NCBI GenBank assembly: GCA_045654505.1
Contig: JAZONM010000005.1
Span: 37,491-101,490, forward strand
DNA length: 64,000 bases
Source: Clostridia bacterium
Lineage (GTDB): Bacteria > Bacillota > Clostridia > Christensenellales > UBA1242
Direction: 5' to 3'
In this document: positions 38,201 to 50,200 of the stretch, piece by piece
Layout of the letters: every line of letters starts with the position of its first letter
Position numbering within the stretch: the first letter of the stretch is position 1
The notes under the pieces: generated by a model
Seen by the model: only the letters and a program-made list of their open reading frames with translations
Told to the model about the DNA's origin: nothing
The model's database searches: none
Program-made: the position numbers and the translations under genes

Positions 38201-41200
38201 CCAAGTAGACTACGTAAAAGCTAATATGGAGCTTATTGGCTGGTATATTTGTTATACTCCAAATGGACTTAGTGGAGATTATGATAGTAAATTGTTTGCG
38301 CTAGAAGAAGAATTTTATCCATACGCTTATGCTGTAGGTAAAGATCTTTATGATGACAATGGCGATATATGGACCAATTTCTATGTATTCCCAGTATGGG
38401 AGGCTGCTTTAATAGATATTACATTCTCTTATCCTGAGAATACAGACAATACAGAGTTTTCTCTAAATGCAAGTGGTACTTATAAAGTAGAATACAATTC
38501 TGATATAGCCATCCAAAATGTTAGCGATACAGTAATGACCATTACTTTCACTGCTGTTGAGGTGCAAGGCGACAATTCGAGAAAATATACAGAGACTACC
38601 ATCACCGCTACAGCCCTTCAAGTAAGTGCCAATAATATTTTGACTCAATGGCAATTTACTGACGGAGAAAGTAATACAAGTGAGATTGATAATACATTCA
38701 AATTTACTGAAGCAGGAAATATCTCATTCACATACACAACTTCTGCTGTAAATATCACAGTAGGTGTAAAATATGCGGGCGAAATACAAACTGAAGATAC
38801 TTATGGATATTTCTATAAGGGCACAAACAAAACAAAACATATTGTAAATTATACAGAGAAAGGCACATCTGGTGCTTATAATCTAAAATTGACTGCTGTA
38901 GAGCAAACAAGCACGGTAGCCGAATTTAAAGGTTGGTACGTATATGACGAGGCGTCTGGCGATTATATAAAAATTGAGAATGACTCAATCTTTACTGTAA
39001 ATGATAAAGTCCTAAACATAACAGGTCTTAAAGACGACGTTGTTATTTATGCCAATTTCTCTACTGGATACGTAACTGTAAACCAAACTAATACATATTT
39101 GCATGCAGACGGAAAAACTGTTGATACAAGCAAAATAACTTCACTTAGAGCTTCATTTGTAAATGTAGATGAAGTTGATGGAGTAAGTTATACTTCAGGT
39201 GAAATTGCAATTGATAGTACAAAAGCATTGTCAGTAAATCTTAATGATACTGTGACTATTACTTACGATCTTACAAGCAGTGTATATCGTGTACACGGCA
39301 TTAGAGTAAGTTATACTGTTCTTGGTGAAACCACAACAACTAATTATCTTGTCGATAATGGCAACGGAAGTGTGTCATTTGCAGTAAATCAAGTTGTGCC
39401 ATATACAATCGAAATGATTCTTGTAGAGAGCGAGATTAAAGTACACTTCAAAGGCTATGATGGTGCGACAGATTTATTTACCAAGACATATCAATACGGA
39501 GCTACTCTTGGCGAAATTGGTCTACCATCTGCAAATGGTAAAGACAATGACCACACAGAAGATGGAAAACTTTATACATTTGCTGGCTGGAATGATTTGG
39601 ATGTAAATGCAAATGTAACTCAAGATATGGACATCATGTCTTCTTGGATAAGAGTATATGACGTGGTAGTAAATAATGGTGATAGTGATACTGTTCACAA
39701 AATTATTTACACTTCAAGTGATACTGAGACTACAAGTCTTAGTGGTGAATACTCAAATTACATTTCACTTAGTGCAACATCAAAAACAAATTATAGACTT
39801 GCTAAGTACATATTTACTTACGAGATAGACGAAAATATCGTAGTTGATTTATCGGAAAATGTGTTTAGACTAAATGATGTTTTGACTCAAGCTGAAGTCG
39901 AACAAACAGTAAGAATGCGAATAGATCCAGTCTATGAAAAACTTTATGCTATAAAAGTTTATGATAAAGATGGATTTGTTAGAGATAGTATAGATCAAAT
40001 ATCTATCCATGAGACTATCAATTATTCTGTAATAGATGAAGTAGGTTATGATTTTGTAAATTGGAATGTATCCTACAATGGCAAGACCCAAACCATCACT
40101 TCACTAGAAAACTTCAAATTAGAAAGTCTTTCTATTTTGGATGATGATAGTGTACATTTGATAGAATTTGAACCTATATATCAATTAAAGACATTTACTC
40201 TTACTTTTGTTGTAAACAATTCTTCTCGCGGTAGCATAAATGCAAGCAATGAGGGTTATGAAATACACTATGGTGAGAAAATCACCTTTAGTGGAAAAGT
40301 AGCTACATTTACTGATAGTCTTGATAGACCACAAGAGATTACAGCGACAACTATCGGTGCATACCAATTCTTGGGTTATAGCACTACTAACAGCGAAAGC
40401 ATTGAGGCTTTGACTGAGTATACTATTACAGATAATATTGTAATTTATGCAATCTTTGTAAATGCTACTGTAGGTATTACTGCAGAATTGCATACTTATG
40501 TAGCTGGCACTGAAAGAAATGACATGGACGGAGGTTGGATTGTTCAGATAGTAGGACTTGATGAGATTCCTGCTACATCTTGGAATTTGACAGCATCTAC
40601 CGGAACTACAATACAATTCAACATTTCTAGCGAAGTTGGATTTAATTTGACTAGTGTTGAGGTAAAAGTAGGCAATGGAGACTACGAAACACTTATACCA
40701 GACGGTGCAATTTATTCCATACTAATAACTGATGTTACTGATATCCAAATTCGTTTTGATGCTATCGAATATGATGTGACAATTGGTATGGGAAGTGTAA
40801 CTGGATTTACTCAAACACCATGGGCTTATTACATGGATAGTGAAGACAATCCTATATCTATCACAACAAGAGAAACAAATGTATATCAAGATATCGCATA
40901 TTCACTTGAAAAGACTTTAGTGATTTATGCTGAAGAAGAATATTATGACATTGACGAAATTGTTTATACTCTAGGCACGTCAACAACAGAAAATGATATC
41001 GTAGACTATACAATCAATGCTGATGGACAATATGAAATCAAATTTGTAGTTACTAATGACGTACATATCAAGGTATATGTGAAGTTTAGAGAAATACAAG
41101 CAATTTTCCATGACTATCAAGGAAATTTGACAGGCAAAACAAAGACATTTACTTACAACCAAACAATTTCGGGCGTAGATGTTTCGGATGCTACTTACCG

Positions 41201-44200
41201 ACTTGAAAATTATTATTACAATGCAAGTGGAAATCAAGTATCAGTGGCATCAAGTGCCGTGGGTGGATACAAGCAAACAGGCTGGTATTATATTGATAGT
41301 GATGACAATCACATTCCATTTAATACCGCAAGTGACACATATACACTTGATGGAGACCTTCATTTATATCCACAATATGAAAATATATACTTTGTAAAAA
41401 CAACTATTGCAAATACTTATGTAAGTGGCGGTTATACAAACAACGAGGAAGTAACCAGCAATCTATTCTCACTATATGTGCCTTCTACTTTAATTAAAGG
41501 TTATGTATTTGTAGGATACGAATGTAAAATTGGTGAATCTTATGTTTCATTTATGTACAATGGCACTTCTTGGTCGGTTAAATTTGCTGCGTTTGATTCG
41601 GCTCAAGCCACAACTGTACTTGATCCAGTTAGTGGTGGAAAATATGATTTTGATTTATTCAAACGTAAAGGCTGGACAAGTTATACTCAATTCACAATTG
41701 AAGGCAAATTTGAATATGAAAGTTATACAATAGACTTTGACATTGCTACAGGTTCTACTCTTGGTGAGGGAAAATTATTTGTAGATGGTGAAGAGAGTAC
41801 AAGTTATGATTTGCCTGTAGAGTATGGATATACTGTTCAGTATGACAAAACAAGTGTTGCTACATATGGTGTTGTATGTTTTGTAGTTACAGTTTATGAT
41901 AGGGACAGTGAATTGCTAAAAACTCTATACTACGTACCAAATGACGCTTGTGTGGTAAATAATATGGAGTATCAATTGACTGGCGGAAGCAAGACAACAT
42001 TTAATGAAGACACTCCACTTTCTATTACTGCTAATACTACATTTACTGGTACATTTGGAAATGCAACAGCTTCAGTTGTTTTCAAATTTGTAGCTGATGC
42101 AAATCTATATACAAACAATAATTTACCAATCATAACAACAACATTTGTAAATAGTGGAATTAGTGGTGAATCTATCTCTACAATTCTTAAATATAATCAT
42201 ACTATTGCAAATCCAGAATATACTGAGGCACGTCCAACTTATATGGATTCTCTATACAACAACAATATAGCTACTACAGCATATAGGGTAGACATACCTC
42301 GTACACAATCATTTACGTACACATTGTCTGTAGGTGCCAATTACGAATTGTATGACACTATTGCATCTCAAACCCTTAAAGTAAATGGAAATATGGAAAT
42401 TGTTGTAAAACTAAAACTTAAGACAAAAACCATATCTTTCCAAAATAATTTCTATAATGGTACAGAAAATACACCTTCGACACAAAAGGGTTATGTAGTA
42501 TTGCACTACAAAGAAGCTGTGGAAAATGCTGATGGATTTATCACAAGCTTTACTGACAAAACAATGGGTGTGGCTGGTACAAACAGCTATGAAGTGATGA
42601 TTTATCATACAGATGCGCCATATTTTGAGGTGGTAGAGACTACAGGTTATCAATTGCAAGGTATTTACGAAGAAGAATATGATAAAGATGGAGATAATAC
42701 AGAAGTAGCGCCATACAATGCAGCTTCTGCACACTATATCTTGAATACAGCTTATGATACCTTCAATGCTACATTTGTTGAGAAAGAAGTTACATTCACT
42801 TTTGCAATCAGCAACGGAACAAAAAATCTTGATGTTGTTACAAAAACATATAAAGTCACTGATGTAGATACATTTGAAAATGATGTACAAAACCTAACTA
42901 CTGCTACAGTAAATGGTGATACATACACTCTAAACGAATTACTTATGCTTAATGCTAATAAAGCTGACTTTAAAAATGTATGGGTAGACACAGAGTCTGC
43001 TACTGGTATTTGGGATACTACAAATGCATATCTAAATGCTGGCATGCTAAATCTAGATTCGAATGTTGTTATTTATGCTAATGTTGTGGTTGCGCATCTT
43101 GTTGAGGTAAAAGCAGGTGATAATGGTAGCATTTCTTATGATGCAGATGACGAAAATCATGGCAAAACATGGCTTCTATATTCCAATACAGCAAGAGGTG
43201 AAAAATACTCTAATCTTGTATTTAAGGTAAGAGTGGAGCATGGTATACCTACAATCACAGCTACTCCTGATGCGGGATATAATACAGATTTCAAATTTAG
43301 TGCTGTAGACAATAAATATAAAGAAGTGTACAGCACATTGATTGGTAGTGAAGCTTTGACAATAACTTTTGAGGAAATCACTCTTGACATCAATGTCGAA
43401 ATAGTAGAGACAGAAGATAATTCGTACATTACTTTAAATGGCTCTGCACTTTCATTAAACTCGTTCAACATGGGTTCCACAACTACATTTGACGAATTGT
43501 ATGACCAAATTATTTCGCTATTGACAAGTAAATATGGTAAAGCTACTGACTATAAAATAAGCGGCAATAATCACTATATTTTCTATTCAAATACTGGCAT
43601 CTCATATTATCTATCATTAGAGGTATCAAAATTATACGATTCTTCATTCGCTGTACTTAATTTTGATGATGCGATCTACACTAAATCAGGAAATAATGAC
43701 GAATTTACTGTATATATTAGATTTGGAAGAGTAGATAAGTACGAGTTTGCAATCTATGACCTTGAGACTGAATTGGTAAAACTTTATTTAAATGAAGGTG
43801 ACGTTGTAGATCTAGCAAATCTAGAGTATCCAGGTACTGAATACACCTTCAGCGAATATGCGTCCGAGCATAATTTTGGACTTACTGGTGCTTACTATTT
43901 GCACTTGAGTCAAAATGGAAATGCTTATTCTAGATTTAGTGAAGATTTAGATAATGTTCATGGATATGCTTATCTCCAACATATAAAAATCAATCCTCTT
44001 GGAGGTGGTGTTTATGAGCGTGTTGTCAATACTTCAATCCAAAACACTACATTCACAATGGATGATCAATCTATAACTCTATATGTAGTTGCGGCAAAAG
44101 AATTATCTCTTAAAATAACCGTATGTGGAGACTCTACTTCTGCAGATGAGGAATTGGAAAAATACGGAATAGACCCTAATGGTACTCAAATATCACCTGC

Positions 44201-47200
44201 TCCTAAATATTTTGAAGGAAAACATATTAGTGAATCCGAAATAATTGCAGCTGTACAAGCATATTTTGAGTCTGCAAATATTACTATCTTTGAGATATTA
44301 GGTATAGGTGATAAAGATGGTATTGAAGAAAACTGGGAAATCATTGTTACGGAATCAACTGCAAGCGGCATAATAAATGTTGTTGTGCGTATTTGCAAAA
44401 TAACAACAACTACTAGATTGATAAATGGTTATGATGCCACTATCAATATTCCAGTAGATATACAATATGACCAAAACTATGTAAATCCAGGCTACTTCAG
44501 TGCGGCTTCAAATGACCCATTCTATGAAAGCGGAATGCCTTATATAATGGATAATGGTATGTGGGTACAAAACCCAGCACTTACTAGTGAAGAATTTGCG
44601 CCATGGGCTCCTACAGGTTGTGTGTTTGTCGGATACCTTGTGGTAGATGAAGAATATATCCTTGGCATGACAGATGGAAGATATACAGAAGCAAACGGAA
44701 CAATTTATGACATTTACGAATACAATCTTGCATCTTTCCATAATGGAATTATAAATCCAGATGACGTATATTCATTTGTGGCAATGTACTATTCTTCATA
44801 CACTCTAAACTTTGGTCGAAATGTAACCAACTATGTTAATGGAGTGAAGAGTGCAAACGAGTACTTGTATAGTGATTATGGTTATGCCTATGAAATCACA
44901 TATATGAAATGGACTGCATCCGGAGGAAATTATACTCAAGAAGAGATAACAACAACTGTATACAGTATTCAAAGTCTAAATCAAATCTCTGCTTCACTTG
45001 ACGATATTACGTTTAAAGTAATATATGCTGATTATTATACAGTTAGCATACCATCGTATACTGGTGGCACTTCAGAAGAAAAGAGTATTGACGATATTGA
45101 CATCAATGGTGGCGAATTTAAATGTATCACATTTACATTAAGTCCAAATTCGACTACTGGTAGTGTCACTATCGGTATGCGTGCTGACTATATTACTTCA
45201 TACACACCGTATGACTCTTATCGAGAAAATTACAACTCGCAAGTATACTGGTATGATATCAATGGTCAAAAGGTGTCATACGAAAATGTGTATGGCGCTA
45301 CTGATGCAAATTTATTTGCTAGACCTAATGATATTTATTATTACTTCAAGACAGAAGGCGACATAGGTGCACGTATAATTCAATATTATGAATACTATAA
45401 TGACCCAGTATTCTTTAGTGAAGGATCACATGAGTTTGCTCCAGGAAAGAGTGTTTGCGCTATGACGCTTGCTTTGGAGCCGATTAAGGACATATTGTTT
45501 ATAAATATTGAGGCGGCTGATGGCACATCAATCCCTGCTACTACAAATACAGCAGTCGGTGGCAAATATTCTAGCGATTCGACATATAGTAATAAAAGAT
45601 TCAATTTTGACATTGTTACTGCTACGACAATAAACGCAACCTTCAAAGTAAACTCAAATGAAATCTTCAATACAAGAAGTACGGGTGCATATTTGCTTTC
45701 TCATGCTGTGTATCCAACAACAAAACTTGGTATTTTGTACCAACAACAAGTCTATAGCATAACTTCAAATATAATTGACGAACTTGTAATAAATATGCAT
45801 CACGATATAATCGAAAATGATAAATACAAAGATGACTTCGAACAATATATTTTAAATAGAGTAGACTATACATTAAAGACTAGCAATACTAGCCCTACAA
45901 ATATGACATCAATTGGTATTGTTTGGGAAAACTTTGTAAGTTACTATGCTGCGAAAACTACTGTGTTTAAGACTTTGTCTGAGAGTAGTAGTACCCCAGT
46001 AATACAATTTAAGTTCTTGACAGGATACGCAAGGTACACCTTTAGGATTACGGAAAGTACTGCTGATTTCAATTTTGAGGAAGGTGATATTACTTCTTCT
46101 AATACCGATACAATAAATAGTGAGCCACTTATAAATATCGCACTTGATGAAAGTGACTCCTTCTATATTGTCTCGGGCACATTCTATCATTTGGGTAGCA
46201 TACAAATAGTGGCTACTACTTCGGGCACCATTACTATAAGTTATTTCAGTCCTGGTACTACGACTGCTTCTAGAGTGGTGAATCTTGCTCTAAATAGTGC
46301 AATAACAATCTCTACAGCTCAAGAATATACTATTTCACTAGATACAAGATATCAAAATGAAGGTGATGAGTACAATCAATTAGCACATGAATTGACAGTT
46401 AGTATATCTTCAGTGTCAGTTCCTATCTGGGCAAGAGCACTAAATTCTGCTGGTACTGCATTTGATACTGGCTTGCCTACTATATTAGGCAATATCTACA
46501 TTCGTAAAGACCTATACAATGATACATCGTATGATATTTATGCAAGTAATACTGGTGCTACTGGTGATATGAGGGCCATCAATTTCCAAGATGACTCGAC
46601 ATATGCTAGTGCATTAAGCACTCTAAATACTTCTACAAAACACGGTTATAATCTAGTAGAAAATGTTGACTATCTAAATATGACTACACTTCTTGATTTC
46701 TTTAATGCTAAGGATAAGATTGTTGCAAAACTTAGCACAAGTGTTACATTTGAAGAGAAAAATGGTGAAACATTGTGGATGTTTAATGGTACAAGCATGC
46801 CTACTGCTACTACTTCTACATGGTATACTTTGCGTGGTTTGATGCTTGCTGATATGACGGTTGTTGATACCTATACATTCAATTCAGGATATACAACAAG
46901 AATCAGAACTACAAACACCCTAAATAGCACTCAAGTAAGTGTTAAAAATACTATTCATATTGCTCTAGAGCCAGCGACAGTATATACATACGACAACAAT
47001 ATTACTAATACATCTACAAGTTATTACACTGTGCAAGAAAACTCTATGTCAGGTTCTTACTACATGCCATATGTAAAATATGACAGCACTAGTAAGACAT
47101 ATAAGACTGCGACAAGAAGTACTACTACATTTGGACAATACATTCATAGATATCCAAGTGGTATGTATACAAGCAGTGTACTAAATTTCATTACAAACAA

Positions 47201-50200
47201 AATTGCAATAACTGACACTTCAGTATCTACATATTGGGGAGACAATACTTCAAATAAGCTTACACTTGAAGGTCCTTTCGCGACTTACAATTTGGGTACT
47301 TCGTCTAATATTAAAGGACTTCATATTTATAGTAGTGGAGCAAAGAAAATTTCATTAGTATGGAATAGAATTTCTTCGACAGTTGTATTTGTTGGTGAAG
47401 CTTCTCAATTCCTTACTACAAAAACAACATCTTCACCTATATATTACTCTAATTGGGGAAGAATTAAATCCTTTATGGAAAGTGGTTCTCTTATCTATGA
47501 GACTATGGACTCCAGTAAGACGGTAACTACTCCTGATTACCATACAGTGACAGATAATAGTGCAGATAGCAATTCCATTTATCAATTACGATTTGCATTT
47601 GAAGGTCAAGATGTAAGGTATTGGACAAATACTACTAATATATACTCTGACACGACCACAACAAGTATTTATCTTACTGGAATGGGAAATGATATTACCT
47701 TTACTACAGTAAGCGACGATATAAGTTTTGTATATGCTGTGTATACACCAGCCAACAACACATACAATAATATGGCTATGTGGTCATTTCAAGCTGGCGA
47801 TCATACGGTATTGGCTGGTTATAATTTGACTGATGGTAATACTAGTCTAAAAGCATATTTCGACAATTTGGATGATGTTGAATACAAAATGTATGTACCT
47901 ACATGGCATTTCATGAAAAATAGTAGTACAGCACTTACTATTGATGAAGACGATACTCCAGGTGTAGCTACTTATGCATATCGTATTACTACTATTAGCA
48001 TCAAAGATCATGGTTATGACGAAGGATATTTTGATGATTGCGTGTATAACCCTGGCGATATAAAATACGTATACTTTGATGGTAGTGCATCTATCGGAAA
48101 TCCAGGAGCATATTCAAGCAGTAGCCAAGATTATTATTTGTCTCATGGCGGTGTAAGTGGATATCAATATAATATGGAAATGCTATGTAAAGACTATGCT
48201 ATGATATCAAAGCTTACATGGACACATAAAGGTCCTCAAAGTCTGATCGGCTATGGAGAATACGATCCAGGTACAAATTTACATTTTATTGGAGTTGTTG
48301 GTGGATCTTCAAATGCTGGGTCTATTATCGTAAATAGTACCACAAACCGTATAATTCACGCGGCACCAAATGGAACAATTGGTCTAACTTCTAATTTATT
48401 AGGTTATACTTTGATTGATGCTATGGCATTTGCTTACAATCAATCGAGCATATCCCAATTAGAGTTTAGCAATGTGACCGGTATCGGAACTGGCGCGTTC
48501 TACACAGAAAACACCAATTTCTTATCGGAAAACATTATATTTGGTAAAACACTGGCTCGAATGGGTACCAATATATTCCATGACAATCGTGTTAAAAATG
48601 GAAATTCATTAAAAATCACTTTCTATGGTACAATACCATATACTACCTACAACAACACATATGGTTATGCTAAAGGTATTCCAATGTTATTTAATGCAAA
48701 CAGTACTTCAAAATTTGAGTTGTGGTACTATGCACGAAATGATAAGTCAAATGCAGGCGGGTCTTACGGATTTAGAGGCTCATATGATAAATATCTATTT
48801 AATAATGATAATACATCTGATTATTACGATAATTATCGCTTTATAGAAGCTCCTGCATCATACTTTAGTATTTCAAGCAATGCCATAAATGGTATTACTT
48901 CTACAGGTGCAACCAATTTAATAAGCACAACAAGTGGTCACTATCAATACTTAGTATTGCCAAGTAAAGATAGTAGTGGAAATACAATCACTTGGGCAAA
49001 TTATCTTGGTCTTGTAGAGACAGGTCAAGGAAATGATTATATAGACATTATAAAGATATACTACCAAGGCACACACAATATCGGAGCATTTACACAGCTT
49101 AATGGTACAACTCGTGCTGCAGATATGGGTCATCAAGTCCAATATCTCGAGACCGCTATCAATACATTTACGACGGCAAATTGCATTATGGGAGTTGAAG
49201 GTAGTCATTCTGCTATATACATTGGTTCTTCATTGACTAATTATTTATTGGGAATAAATCTACCACATATTAAGACAGTAGCTAATACTACTTCTTCTTA
49301 CTCAGGAAAATATCAAGATAAACTGACAAGTATAAATCTCCCAAATGCAACATCTATCGGAGAGTATGCCTTTATAGATTTAGATGCGCTTGTTACCGTA
49401 AACATTCCTAAAGTAACTACAATCGGCACTTATGCCTTCGAAGATTGTGGCAAACTTACTACTGTTACTGCTGAGAAACTGACTACAGTCGGCAGTAGTG
49501 CCTTCGAAGATTGTAGCAAACTTACTACTGTTGCTACAGAAAATCTGACTACAATTGGCAATTTTGCGTTCTCTGACTGTAGTGCACTTACATCTTTAGG
49601 TAATGTTACAAGTACGTCATCTACTAAAGGTGCTTCGTCTCTTGGTACATATTTTGCTGAAAATACAAAAATATCGCATGTCAATATTACTACCACAGCT
49701 ACACTTGCAGGTACAGCAGCATCTTCTGGCGTGCCTAATTCATCCGGTGCATTCCATGGTATGACATCTCTTAAGACCTTTAACACAATCGGAACTAAGA
49801 ATGGTACTTGTTATCTAGATACATTAAATAGTGGTAAGGCATTGATATATAAGACAAAGAGTCTTACTGAAAATGGGCCAGGATACTACTATCTTATTGA
49901 ATACGGACAAGGTAATACTGGCAGTGACACAATCACAATCCCAGGTGGCGTAGTATACGACGATGCATTTGAAGACAGCAAACTTACTACTTTGACACTT
50001 GGTGCTACTGATGGTGAAAACTTATTTATGGGTAATCTACCATTTGCGGGTTCTGATATCACAAGCATAATATTGAATGCTAGTCTTAGAAATGTTGGCG
50101 TTACTAATTTATATAGTCTTTATTCACAAGTATCGTCATCAGCATTCTATTCAGGTATTACAAGAAGCGAAACAGGCGGGTCTTATATATTTGACAATGC

